A DNA stretch of 31,460 nt, taken from positions 1 through 31,460 of the IMG/VR virus record IMGVR_UViG_3300047295_000050; one strand, written 5' to 3'. Every line of letters starts with the position of its first letter. Position 1 is the first letter of the stretch. Positions 16,707-25,953 of this stretch are shown one piece after another. Both the position numbers and the translations under genes were made by a program. The notes below the pieces were generated by a model. The model did not search any database and was not told where the DNA came from. It saw only the letters and a program-made list of their open reading frames with translations. The stretch comes from a virus (lineage: Duplodnaviria; Caudoviricetes).

Positions 16707-19352
16707 ATGGCACTTGTCAGAAATTCTGATGGCACGTTTACGGATCGAGCCACAGGAAAAAAGTATGCCGCTAACGCTGTTTATTTTTTCAGCCCAAGTC
16801 CTGAAGATCCCAACCCACCTCAGGCTTTGTTGAAAAGAGGAGCGCAGCCAATTGCGTCTGCGCCCGCACCTTCTCCTGCACCGGCGCCCGCCCCCGCGCC
16901 TGCTGCCGCATCTGCGCCAAAGCTAACGTCAAAAGGCACTTACGCCGTTTCTGACTGGTCAAACGTTGACGCCCTGTTTCCGAAAACGCGGATGGGGACT
17001 GGCGCAGAAGACTCTGACGTCACCTACCAGAATGACGCGTACACGCAGTTCAAGAACCTCGAGAACGGCTACTGGCTTCAGTTTTTGCCGCAACTTGGGT
17101 TTACCGGCCCCACGACGAAAGAAATTGTCAACTTTCCTGGCACGGAAAACGAAGAAAGAACAACGACGATTTCCGACGAGGCTGCCGCTGCAATTCAGCA
17201 GTTTAAGGCGCAGGGCTACGATGTCGTCATCAATCCCGACAAGATTGATTCTGGCAGCAAAAGCGTAACCGAGTTTGCGTTTAAGACGCCAGACGGGAAG
17301 TTGCAAAAAACCTGGGAATACACCGGTGGCGCATGGTACGAGCAAGTTGCTCCGTACCTTGGGTTGGTGCTGCCGGGAATTCTTGGCATGGCGGGCATCA
17401 CCGCTGGCAGTCTTGGGGCCTCTGTTACTGGGCAAACGTCCAACGCTCTGCTGAACAACGCCGTCGGCGGCGCAATTATCGGCGGCGCAAAAGAACTGAT
17501 CACCAGCGGCGGCGACGTTGAGTCTGCCATCAAGGGCGCACTGACTGGCGGCGCGCTGGGTGTTGCGGCAGAGTTGGCGCAGCCATACATCAAGGATGCC
17601 GCAAACGCACTCTCGCAGCTGACCGGCGATGAAGTGGCTCAGTTGGCCGGCACCGATGTTGCGGCAACAGACGTTGCTGGCAACGTGGGCGATGTGGATG
17701 TGGGTGGCGTGGGGGATGTGGGTGTGCCCGCTGGGGTTGAGCAAATGTCTTCTGTGGCTAACTTTAGCCCAGAGGCCATGCAAACCTACGCCAACGAAAT
17801 TGCGGCGGGCGCATCCAGAGATCTCGCCTACGCAAGAGCGGCGTTGGTAGAAAACCAGCTGCAAGCCGCGCAATCTATTTACGACCGCACAATGACGCCA
17901 GACGTGGCAGATGCCATGTTGGCTGGGGGATCTGCGCCGCCAGTGGTAAACAACCTGGCTGGAGCAGCGGCGCCCGTTACGCCTCCGCCTGCAAATGCGT
18001 TGATCAGCGACCCGTACGCGGGTCTTGCGGAAAACTTTCCTGTCAGTCAGGCTCCGGTTGATTTCACTCCCCAACCCGTTGCACCGTCGCCTGGCGTGGC
18101 AACCGTTGATTTGACTGCCAAGCAGGTGCTTTATGACCCATACACGGGCTTGGCGGAGAATTTTCCCGTTGCCCCGACGTTTGTTGCTCCTCCGGTTCAA
18201 GCTCCTGTCGCAACTCCTCCGATCGTTTACGACCCCTATGCAGGGCTTGCGGAAAACTTTCCCATTGCGCCGACCCCAACTATTCCGGTCGCCCCGCCAG
18301 CAACCGACTTTACCCTTGGCACTGGCACCGACACAACCGGCGCTGGCTTGGGATCAATCTCTGGACCCGGCATCACGGCAACGCCTGGTGCAGGGCTTGA
18401 TCTGTCTGCGGGCACTGGAGTTTCGCCTGGTGGCGTTTCTGAGGCAATCACTGGTGGCACCGGCATTACGCCCGGCACGACCGGTGGCGCTGGTCTTGAC
18501 ACCAGCGGCCTAATGCTCGGCGGCGCGCTCGGCGCAGGCGCTGCGGCCGGGTCTGCATTGCCTGTGGGAAGTGCTGCGGCGGCGGGATCGGCGCTGAACG
18601 CCGGCACTGCGGCAGGAGCAGCAGCTGGTCTCACCGGCATCCCTGTCGTCGACGATTTTCTCAAGTACATCGGCACCCCCGCAGGCGCTGCGGCGCTGGG
18701 TGCGTTCGGCAGCCTGGCAAGCGGGTATCTGACGGGCCAGGCGGCGAAAGACGCGGCAAACATCCAAGCGCAGTCGGCGCAGAACGCGCTGGCGCTGCAG
18801 CGCGAGCAGTTTGAGTATCAGAAGGGCTTGCTAGAGCCATACCGCAAAGCGGGTGAATCGGCGCTAGGCCGGCTGACTGGGGCAATGGGGCTCGGCGGTC
18901 AGGCTGGAGGCCCGCAGCAACTGCTGGAAATGGACCCCGGCTACGCCTTCCGCTTGGGCGAGGGCATGAAAGCGCTGGAGCGCGTGCAGGCCGCGCGGGG
19001 CAACATGCTGTCTGGCGGGGCGATCAAGGCAGGTCAACGGTACGCGCAGGACTTCGCCTCGGGCGAGTACGGTAACGCGTACAACCGGCTAGCCAACATC
19101 GCCGGATTGGGGCAAACTGTCGGCGGTCAGTTGGGCACTGCGGCCCAGCAATTTGGCCAGACGGCAGGGGAAACGATGTCTCAGGGCGCAAATGCACTGG
19201 CGGCGGGGCGTGTAGGCCGCACCAGCGGCTACATGGGCGGCATCGGTGGTGCGGTGGGCGCCTATCAGAACTACCAGAACCAGCAGCAGCAAAACCAGCT
19301 GTTTGGAAGGTATCTAGACATTTATGGCCGCGCCGTCGGCGCTGGGGTCTGA
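16707..19352 (+). CDS. DNA ejection/transfer protein (gp7-like C-terminus) with long N-terminal extension
   Basis: C-terminal DPGYAFRLGEG..AARGNMLSGG..RYAQDFASGEY pattern; Gly/Ala hydrophobic stretches; GAGGT RBS. Confidence 0.7.
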   Translation: MALVRNSDGTFTDRATGKKYAANAVYFFSPSPEDPNPPQALLKRGAQPIASAPAPSPAPAPAPAPAAASAPKLTSKGTYAVSDWSNVDALFPKTRMGTGAEDSDVTYQNDAYTQFKNLENGYWLQFLPQLGFTGPTTKEIVNFPGTENEERTTTISDEAAAAIQQFKAQGYDVVINPDKIDSGSKSVTEFAFKTPDGKLQKTWEYTGGAWYEQVAPYLGLVLPGILGMAGITAGSLGASVTGQTSNALLNNAVGGAIIGGAKELITSGGDVESAIKGALTGGALGVAAELAQPYIKDAANALSQLTGDEVAQLAGTDVAATDVAGNVGDVDVGGVGDVGVPAGVEQMSSVANFSPEAMQTYANEIAAGASRDLAYARAALVENQLQAAQSIYDRTMTPDVADAMLAGGSAPPVVNNLAGAAAPVTPPPANALISDPYAGLAENFPVSQAPVDFTPQPVAPSPGVATVDLTAKQVLYDPYTGLAENFPVAPTFVAPPVQAPVATPPIVYDPYAGLAENFPIAPTPTIPVAPPATDFTLGTGTDTTGAGLGSISGPGITATPGAGLDLSAGTGVSPGGVSEAITGGTGITPGTTGGAGLDTSGLMLGGALGAGAAAGSALPVGSAAAAGSALNAGTAAGAAAGLTGIPVVDDFLKYIGTPAGAAALGAFGSLASGYLTGQAAKDAANIQAQSAQNALALQREQFEYQKGLLEPYRKAGESALGRLTGAMGLGGQAGGPQQLLEMDPGYAFRLGEGMKALERVQAARGNMLSGGAIKAGQRYAQDFASGEYGNAYNRLANIAGLGQTVGGQLGTAAQQFGQTAGETMSQGANALAAGRVGRTSGYMGGIGGAVGAYQNYQNQQQQNQLFGRYLDIYGRAVGAGV

Positions 19353-19353
19353 C

Positions 19354-20565
19354 ATGCCGATCAATCCAAACATCCCGCTGCAGGCAGCGAACATCCCGCA
19401 GATCCGGTATCAGCCGGAGTCGCAGTTTGAGTCGTTTGCCAAGATCCAGCCAACGCTGAATGCAATGCGTCAAATGCGGCAGGAGGAGATGCAGTCGCAG
19501 CAAAGCATGGCGGAACAGAGGGCGCTGCAAGAAATTCGCCAGCGCGGCTACGATCCAGAGGAGATTGGCACGCTTTTGCAGATGCACGGCAAGACACAGG
19601 CGCAGATGGAGCTGGGTGTCAAAATGGTGCAAGCCGCCCGCGCCGGAAGAGCTGATCAGCGACCGTCAGTGGTTAGGCCGGGAGAAGCTCTTGTATCGCC
19701 GGGAGGGCAGGAGTTGTATCGTGGGCGGGAGGATCAAAATCCAAAGTTGGAAAAAGTGCAGCTTGGAGATAGGGTTGCGTTCATTGACATGAACCCATCT
19801 AGCCCGACGTTCCGGCAGGAGGTTGTGTCGCAAGCGATGGGCGCGGCGCCGGATGCACCCGGGGCCGCAGAAGCGCGAGACATCAATCGGCGACGCGCAG
19901 AGTTGGAGGCGCAACGGCTAGACCTTGAGCGTCAACGAGTTCAAGCGCAGACAAGCAGGGATGCGCAAACTACCGCAAGGCTTGACCAACAACTTGCGCA
20001 AAATGCGGAGCGTTTACAGCTTGAGCGCAGGCGTGTGGAGTTGGCAGAAGGGCGTCCTACGCCAGCGGCGGAAAGAGCGCAAATGGAGGCAAGGCAACGG
20101 TCGACTAACCTTGAAACCACAATCAAGGAGCTTCGGGACATCAGCGCGCCTGGCGGCCTGATTGACCAATCCACTGGCAGCGGAATTGGCGCCGCAACGG
20201 ACGTTGCTGCCGGCATGTTTGGCGTTGCTACACCTGGCGCAATTGCAATCGGCAAATTGCAACCAATCGCTGACTTGGTGTTGAAAAGTGTTCCGCGTTT
20301 TGAGGGGCCGCAATCTGACAAAGATACCCAATCGTACAAAGAGGCCGCTGGCCGTTTGGCAGATCCGACTGTGCCTACAAAAATTCGCAAAGAGGCAGCG
20401 CAAACCATTATCCGTTTGATGGAAAAGTCTAGGGCTCAAGCGCAAGCTACAGCCGCACGGCCTGCGGTTCGCAGTGCAACACCCCAGTCATCCGCAATTC
20501 CTGCTGGCGTTGACCCTGAAGACTGGAAGTACATGACCGACGAGGAGAAAGCGCTGTGGAAATGA
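19354..20565 (+). CDS. DNA ejection protein (second)
   Basis: Position between ejection-type genes; MPINPNIPL start, Gln/Arg coiled coil, VPRFEGPQSDKD motif. Confidence 0.65.
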   Translation: MPINPNIPLQAANIPQIRYQPESQFESFAKIQPTLNAMRQMRQEEMQSQQSMAEQRALQEIRQRGYDPEEIGTLLQMHGKTQAQMELGVKMVQAARAGRADQRPSVVRPGEALVSPGGQELYRGREDQNPKLEKVQLGDRVAFIDMNPSSPTFRQEVVSQAMGAAPDAPGAAEARDINRRRAELEAQRLDLERQRVQAQTSRDAQTTARLDQQLAQNAERLQLERRRVELAEGRPTPAAERAQMEARQRSTNLETTIKELRDISAPGGLIDQSTGSGIGAATDVAAGMFGVATPGAIAIGKLQPIADLVLKSVPRFEGPQSDKDTQSYKEAAGRLADPTVPTKIRKEAAQTIIRLMEKSRAQAQATAARPAVRSATPQSSAIPAGVDPEDWKYMTDEEKALWK

Positions 20566-22619
20566 CTGTCGAGCAGCAGCGCGCGCTTGCGGTTGCGCGA
20601 GCGCGTCGTCGCAAAGCAGAAGCGTCTGCAACGCCGCCAGGACAGATTCCGGGTGCTGGACCGTATCAGGCGCCGCCTGCGGCCGAGATTCCTGTTGGAC
20701 GCAGGGTTGCGCAAGGTGTGCAGAGCAACGTCGGTCAAATCGTCAGCGCGCTTCAGCCGTCTGCGGAAATGCTTGCGGGCGCCGGCGGTGCAATCCGAGG
20801 CGCTACCGCAATGGCCCCCGCTGGCCCCGTGCCCGCAGCTATAGGCGGCGTTGTTGGCGGAATCGCCGGCTTCACTGGTGCGCGCACTGGAGCTGAGTTG
20901 TTGCAAGGCCAGCAGCCTGACGTGCGGGGCGCGGTGCAGGAAGCGGTTGCCGGCGAACTGATTGGACGGGGCGCAGGGTCTGCGATTCGCGCAGGAGCGC
21001 GTGGCCTAGACTACCTGCGATCGCTGCCGCAGAACAAGGCCGTCAACATTGCCCAACAGGCAGCAGGGCCGGAGGCGAAAAATCTTCGCGCCGCACTGCA
21101 AGGCGCAGAGCCCGGCATGACGCCGGCCCAAGCAACGGCAGGATCTCCGCGGCAGGCATGGCAGGCACTGTTGGCCTTCGAGCCCACAGACTTTGCGGCA
21201 GACGTTGCGCGCCGTCAGCAGGCACGCTCGCAATCGCAGCTGGCCGGCCTAGCGGGCGGGCCGTCAGCGACTGCGGCGCGCGAGACGGCGGAAGCCGGCA
21301 AGCAACAACTAACCGCCATCACGTCGCCGATGCGTGAAACGGAACTTGCTGCGGCCAATGAGGCCCAGCGAGTGATGAATGCGCTGGTGCCGCGCCGGCA
21401 GCAGAAGCAGGGCTCCATGGTGTCGGCGTTGCAGGAGTCCGGCAGAACAGGCACTGAAGCCGCGCAACGCACGGAATCTGCTGTTCAACAGCTGCAGCGT
21501 GTTGTGCCAGGACAAATCCCATCGGTCAGCGCAAGACAGGCGGCGCGTACGCAGGCGGCGGCTGGGGCCCAGCAGCAGGAAGCGTCGAATCTGTTTGCGG
21601 ACATTTCCCGTCAACGTCGAGCGGAGCGGGATTTCATTGATCGACAGATTGGCAGCCTAGAGGCGTATGGACTGCGGCCGTTGGACATCAATCCTGTGGT
21701 GCAGCGCATTGACACAACGCTGAATACGCCAGGCATTCGCGCCAGCACGGATGTGACACGAGTCATGTCGCTGCTGAAAGACGATTTGCTGAATTTGGCA
21801 GAGCGAAACGGTGGCGTCATTGACGCGCACGATCTGTACACGCTGCGCAAAGAAGGCGTAGCTCAGCGCGTGCGGGATGTCTTGAAGCAAGATGACCCAA
21901 AGGCCGCAGCAAAGGTTACTGCGACAGTTGTGGACAAGTTCCGCCCGCTCATTGACAACGCGATTGAGCAGGCGGGCGGCACTGGATGGCGTCAATATCT
22001 TGACACCTACAGCAAAGGCATGGATGTCATTGCGCGCAAGCAGATGGCCGCGCAGGCGTTGGACATGTTCAAGGGCAACCCGCAAGATTACGTCAGGCTG
22101 GTGCGCGGCGACAATCCAGATGCGGTAGAGGCGATCTTCGGGCCTGGGCGGTACAGCATCTTCAAAGAAATGACGGCAGAAATGCCGACGCTGGACAAGG
22201 TTGCGCGAATCGTTGAGGCCGACAAACTGGCAGCAGAAAAGGCGGCGGGCGGCCGAGGCGAACTGGCGCAAATCTTAGAAGCCAATCGAGCAAAGTTGCG
22301 TCTTCCGAACTGGTTTAGTCCCACCATCACAGCCGCGAACATGCGACTTGCCGACGTTGAAAAGCGCGTCGACAAGAAAACCATTGACATGATCCGCAAG
22401 GCGGCCGAGTCCAACCAAGGCATGATTGACTTGCTGGACGGCCTGCCGGTCAAGGAGCGCCAGAAGCTGTTGCGGCTTGTGACTGACATTTCTACGTCTG
22501 AGGTCGGTCAAGCAGTCATTCCTGCGGCGCGCGCAGCAGTTGCGCCGACAATCGGCGAACTTTCCCGCAAGGCAGAAAATGCACTTGCCCCCGAACCCAT
22601 CAACGCTCTAGCTCAGTGA
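20556..22619 (+). CDS. DNA ejection protein (third, large)
   Basis: Ala/Gly/Gln-rich helical protein with a hydrophobic Gly-rich segment; last gene before the lysis region. Start GTG 20556 or ATG 20562. Confidence 0.65.
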   Translation: MEMTVEQQRALAVARARRRKAEASATPPGQIPGAGPYQAPPAAEIPVGRRVAQGVQSNVGQIVSALQPSAEMLAGAGGAIRGATAMAPAGPVPAAIGGVVGGIAGFTGARTGAELLQGQQPDVRGAVQEAVAGELIGRGAGSAIRAGARGLDYLRSLPQNKAVNIAQQAAGPEAKNLRAALQGAEPGMTPAQATAGSPRQAWQALLAFEPTDFAADVARRQQARSQSQLAGLAGGPSATAARETAEAGKQQLTAITSPMRETELAAANEAQRVMNALVPRRQQKQGSMVSALQESGRTGTEAAQRTESAVQQLQRVVPGQIPSVSARQAARTQAAAGAQQQEASNLFADISRQRRAERDFIDRQIGSLEAYGLRPLDINPVVQRIDTTLNTPGIRASTDVTRVMSLLKDDLLNLAERNGGVIDAHDLYTLRKEGVAQRVRDVLKQDDPKAAAKVTATVVDKFRPLIDNAIEQAGGTGWRQYLDTYSKGMDVIARKQMAAQALDMFKGNPQDYVRLVRGDNPDAVEAIFGPGRYSIFKEMTAEMPTLDKVARIVEADKLAAEKAAGGRGELAQILEANRAKLRLPNWFSPTITAANMRLADVEKRVDKKTIDMIRKAAESNQGMIDLLDGLPVKERQKLLRLVTDISTSEVGQAVIPAARAAVAPTIGELSRKAENALAPEPINALAQ

Positions 22620-22620
22620 A

Positions 22621-22848
22621 ATGGAAACTCAAACCCTATTCAACGTGGCCGTCACGCTGGCAGGCGGCATGGGTGGCTGGATCCTGAACAACATCTACCA
22701 GTCGATCAGGCTGTTGGACAAGGATGTGCGTCAGATGCCAAGGGTGTACGTTACGAAGGAAGACTACAAAGCCGACGTCGCGGAGATCAAGCAGATGCTG
22801 GGCAAAATCTTTGACCGGCTAGACGAAAAAGTCGACAAGCGCACGTGA
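22621..22848 (+). CDS. Small membrane-anchored coiled-coil protein (lysis region)
   Basis: N-terminal hydrophobic helix, YVTKEDY..KIFDRLDEKVDK tail. Confidence 0.65.
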   Translation: METQTLFNVAVTLAGGMGGWILNNIYQSIRLLDKDVRQMPRVYVTKEDYKADVAEIKQMLGKIFDRLDEKVDKRT

Positions 22849-22849
22849 G

Positions 22850-23284
22850 ATGCTGGCAGAACTCGCCGCCGCAAATGCTGCCTATGCCGTAATCAAGGAA
22901 GCCATCAGCAACGGTGGCGACATCTTGGCGGCGGGCTCAAAGCTCGGCGAGTACTTTGGCCTGAAGAGCGAGATTTCGAAGCGGGCCAGCCAGAAGGGGA
23001 ACAACAGCGAGGAATTTTGGGCGCTGGAGAAACTGCGCCAGCAGGAGGAGGACCTTAAGATCCTGATGATCTACCAAGGTCGCCCGGGCCTGTGGCAGGA
23101 CTGGCTGGAGTTTCAGTCTCGGCAGCGCAGGGAGCGCGAGGCCGAGGAGTTGCGGCAACGAGTGAAGGTTGCCCGACGCAGGGAGGTTGCTCAGGCGATC
23201 TTGGTTGCACTGCTGGTTGCGGTTATTGGTCTGTCGTTGATCGGCGTCGTTCTGATGGCGGCAATTGCGTCAAGGAGGATGTGA
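22850..23284 (+). CDS. Hypothetical membrane protein
   Basis: Coiled coil followed by a long C-terminal hydrophobic helix; tight packing. Confidence 0.65.
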   Translation: MLAELAAANAAYAVIKEAISNGGDILAAGSKLGEYFGLKSEISKRASQKGNNSEEFWALEKLRQQEEDLKILMIYQGRPGLWQDWLEFQSRQRREREAEELRQRVKVARRREVAQAILVALLVAVIGLSLIGVVLMAAIASRRM

Positions 23285-23448
23285 TGCGATGGCTCATTCT
23301 GTTTGTGCTGCTGACGGTGGTAGGGTGCGAGGACCGCTTCCGCTACCCATGCCAAGACCCGGCCAAGGCGCAGTCGCCTGAGTGCCAAGAGGCGGCTTGC
23401 AAGGCCACCAGAACCTGCGCGGAGTTGACCGATGGACCGCAAAAGTGA
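23284..23448 (+). CDS. Small Cys-rich lipoprotein
   Basis: AGGAGG RBS; MRWLILFVLLTVVG-C lipobox-like signal, four further Cys. Confidence 0.7.
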   Translation: MRWLILFVLLTVVGCEDRFRYPCQDPAKAQSPECQEAACKATRTCAELTDGPQK

Positions 23449-23689
23449 CCTCGACGCGTGGCTGCGCTTTATCGTTGGCGTGACGCTGGCGCTGCTGCTG
23501 GTGATCATCGTCACCGTTGTTCTGTACTCGCTTGTGTTCGTGACGCAGCCGCTTGATGCGCTAGCCCCAGCAGACAGCGAGTTCTTCAAACTGATTACCC
23601 CGCTGGCTACGTTTATTGCCGGCGCGCTGGGTGGCGTCATGGCAAGCGGCAGCGGCAAGTCAAAGTGCAAGGAGAAGGAAGATGCTTGA
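23432..23689 (+). CDS. Two-TM membrane protein (holin/antiholin-like)
   Basis: Two hydrophobic helices and a charged C-terminus; GGAG RBS. Confidence 0.6.
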   Translation: MDRKSDLDAWLRFIVGVTLALLLVIIVTVVLYSLVFVTQPLDALAPADSEFFKLITPLATFIAGALGGVMASGSGKSKCKEKEDA

Positions 23690-24176
23690 CATCCTTGGTG
23701 GTGGCGTCCTCGGCAGTCTGTTGGGCGGCGTGTTCCGCCTCGCGCCCGAGGTGCTGAAGTGGCTTGACAAGAAGAACGAGCGTAACCATGAGTACGCGAT
23801 GTTCGACCGCCAGTGCGCCCTTGAGCAGCAGCGCGGGGCGCAGAAACTGGCCGAGATCGGGGCGCAGCGCGAAGCGGCCGTGGACACTGGTGCGATGGAT
23901 GCGTTCAACGCTGCCATCCAGCAGCAGACGCAGATGGTGAAGGCCGCGGGCGGCTGGGCGGCGAGCCTGTCGGCGAGCGTCAGGCCCATCGTTACATACT
24001 GGATCCTGCTGATCTGGTCGTTCGTGCATGTCTGGTTCGCGTGGCAGTCGTGGCGGGCTGGGATGCCGCCTGAGCAGGTGTTCAAGCTGGCGATGAGCCC
24101 GGACTTCAGCGCGCTGGTGGCGGGCACGCTTAACTTCTGGTTTCTCGATAGAACGCTGTCCAAGAGGGGCCTGTGA
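23682..24176 (+). CDS. Holin-like membrane protein
   Basis: AAGGA RBS; Gly-rich N-terminal helix, ASVRPIVTY and FWFLDR motifs typical of 3TM/GTA-type holins; directly upstream of lysozyme. Confidence 0.7.
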   Translation: MLDILGGGVLGSLLGGVFRLAPEVLKWLDKKNERNHEYAMFDRQCALEQQRGAQKLAEIGAQREAAVDTGAMDAFNAAIQQQTQMVKAAGGWAASLSASVRPIVTYWILLIWSFVHVWFAWQSWRAGMPPEQVFKLAMSPDFSALVAGTLNFWFLDRTLSKRGL

Positions 24177-24613
24177 AACTCGACCTTGCGGCAGACCTCT
24201 GCCGCCATTTCGAGGGCTTTTCGTCGAAGCCCTACATCTGCCCGGCCGGGTACGCCACCATCGGCTACGGCACGGTCTACAAGCCCGGCGGCGAGAAGGT
24301 GACGATGCAGGATCTGCCGATCTCCAAGGCGCTGGCCGAGGAGTGGCTGATGCACGAACTGCGGCATACCTACGCACCTGGGGTTCTGCGGGCCTGCCCT
24401 GCGGTGGCCGTCAACGAGCGCGTGTTCAACGCGCTGGTGGACTTTACCTACAACCTCGGGGTTGGTAGACTCCAGACCTCTACGCTGCGGCGCGTTGTCA
24501 ACGCGGGTGACTGGCAGGGCGCCAAGGAGCAACTGATGCGCTGGACCCGAGGCGGTGGGCGAGTGCTGCCGGGACTGGTTAAGCGCAGGACGGCGGAGTG
24601 TGCGCTGATATAG
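24173..24613 (+). CDS. Endolysin, GH24 lysozyme
   Basis: FEG..PYICPAGYATIGYG (E-x8-C-x5-T), ALVDFTYNLG, LPGLVKRR.AE. Confidence 0.95.
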   Translation: MKLDLAADLCRHFEGFSSKPYICPAGYATIGYGTVYKPGGEKVTMQDLPISKALAEEWLMHELRHTYAPGVLRACPAVAVNERVFNALVDFTYNLGVGRLQTSTLRRVVNAGDWQGAKEQLMRWTRGGGRVLPGLVKRRTAECALI

Positions 24614-25076
24614 GCTCCAGCACGCGCATCTGCCCGCATTCCATCCTGCGGACAATCCGTTGCTCTGCTTGGAACTTCTCGCCCTGCGTCATGCCCTCGG
24701 TAGCCTCTGACCAAGCCGCAAACAGCGCCCGCAGGTCTGCCAGTTCCTGCGCCCGCACAGCACGCTGCCCGAGCCTGTAGCGCGTCGTGATGGCGATGCA
24801 GGCGTTTTCTGCGTGACGCACGATATCGTCAGGGTCGCGGGCCTTGCCGGCCTTGACCAGATCCTCCAGCAGCGCGGCGGCGGCGAAGATGCAGGACCAC
24901 TCCTGCTGACTGGCTTTGCCCTGCGCCACACTGGTGATGGCCGAATCCAGCGCCAGCGCCCAGACGGTGCGGTCGTCGATGTGCAGGGCAGCGGCACCCA
25001 TCATGGCGACGACGTGGGCGCGGGCGTTGATGCCGTGGGGTTTGTACTGCTTGCGGGGTTTGGATGACTTAGGCAT
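24579..25076 (-). CDS. Hypothetical protein
   Basis: Last gene of the leftward arm; basic MPKSSKPRKQYKP start, helical body; converges on lysozyme. Confidence 0.65.
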   Translation of the reverse strand: MPKSSKPRKQYKPHGINARAHVVAMMGAAALHIDDRTVWALALDSAITSVAQGKASQQEWSCIFAAAALLEDLVKAGKARDPDDIVRHAENACIAITTRYRLGQRAVRAQELADLRALFAAWSEATEGMTQGEKFQAEQRIVRRMECGQMRVLEPISAHTPPSCA

Positions 25077-25281
25077 GGTTTGCAATCCAGTGGTAGACGT
25101 GATGCCTGCTGACTTTTTCGCAACGCAACAGGCCCTCCTCTGTCATAAGACGCAGCCACCAGTGCAGTGCAGTGCGGTCCATGCCCGTCAACTCAGATAG
25201 CTCGGCTATCGTGCGCGGGGCGCGCACCAACAGCCCCAGCATGTCCACGATTTTTGCCCGATTGGGGGCGGTTCTCATCAC
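25069..25281 (-). CDS. Winged-helix DNA-binding protein
   Basis: PRTIAELSELTGMDRTALHWWLRLMTEEGLL HTH followed by a beta wing. Confidence 0.7.
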   Translation of the reverse strand: MMRTAPNRAKIVDMLGLLVRAPRTIAELSELTGMDRTALHWWLRLMTEEGLLRCEKVSRHHVYHWIANHA

Positions 25282-25435
25282 TTGGTATCCTCATTTCACA
25301 GGGCACACCTTCGAGTTCCCATGGGCCAGTCCACCAGTTTGACGTCTCGCGGGCGGGATTGGTGCGGCGGCGGCAGGTTACGCATTCCGGCAGGTCAGTG
25401 CCGAGGCAGCGGGCTACGTCGGCGGGGAGGGTCAT
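25193..25435 (-). CDS. Small Cys-rich protein, copy 2
   Basis: MTLPADVARC..ECVTCRR..WTGPWELEGVPCEMRIP; ATGA overlap with DUF3310 stop. Confidence 0.65.
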   Translation of the reverse strand: MTLPADVARCLGTDLPECVTCRRRTNPARETSNWWTGPWELEGVPCEMRIPSDENRPQSGKNRGHAGAVGARPAHDSRAI

Positions 25436-25650
25436 ATCTTGTTTCCCGGTCGAGTACGGCGTTGAATTTCTCGGTCGATATACCACCGCGCCTTTTGCAG
25501 GTCCTCAATCGCGTTGGTCTTGAGGTCCGCGCGGAGGATGTACTTCACCGCGTTACCCAGGCAGAAGTTCATATGCTCGGTGATTTGAATTACCTCGATG
25601 CCGCTGGGGTGCGAGGTGTAGTGTTGGGGGTGATTGACTGGGTCGTGCAT
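25432..25650 (-). CDS. DUF3310 family protein
   Basis: DPVNHPQHY, FCLGNAVKYILRA, EDLQKARWY motifs. Confidence 0.9.
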   Translation of the reverse strand: MHDPVNHPQHYTSHPSGIEVIQITEHMNFCLGNAVKYILRADLKTNAIEDLQKARWYIDREIQRRTRPGNKI

Positions 25651-25802
25651 TGTGATTCTTCCCATACAAGCATGAGCAGTTCTGCTGCTCGGGTGATGTG
25701 TGCGACAAGCGTGGAGTGCCGCTGCTTATCTTCAAGGCCGTCAGCGAAGCCCGCGAGCCAATTGGCGGTTGTCATGCACTGGAGGTGTTGGTTGGGGGTC
25801 AT
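25590..25802 (-). CDS. Hypothetical protein
   Basis: GAGGA RBS inside the upstream repeat; fits the packed early arm. Confidence 0.5.
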   Translation of the reverse strand: MTPNQHLQCMTTANWLAGFADGLEDKQRHSTLVAHITRAAELLMLVWEESQCTTQSITPNTTPRTPAASR

Positions 25803-25953
25803 ACGGAATCCTCATTTCACAAGGAACCCCTTCGAGTTCCCAGGGGCCTGTCCATGTCTGCCGCTCATACGGCGGGTCGGTGTAGCGGCGGCAGGTGTTG
25901 CACTCGGCAGCACCGTAGCCGATGCATCTTGCGACGTTGGCGGGGAGGGTCAT
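25741..25953 (-). CDS. Small Cys-rich protein, copy 1
   Basis: MTLPANVARC..ECNTCRR..WTGPWELEGVPCEMRIP; GGAGAGG RBS, ATGA overlap. Confidence 0.65.
   Translation of the reverse strand: MTLPANVARCIGYGAAECNTCRRYTDPPYERQTWTGPWELEGVPCEMRIPYDPQPTPPVHDNRQLARGLR

Noticed and set aside
25287-25855. Repeat pair as a DGR template/variable repeat
   Set aside because: Mismatches are mostly synonymous and not adenine-specific; no reverse transcriptase in the window.
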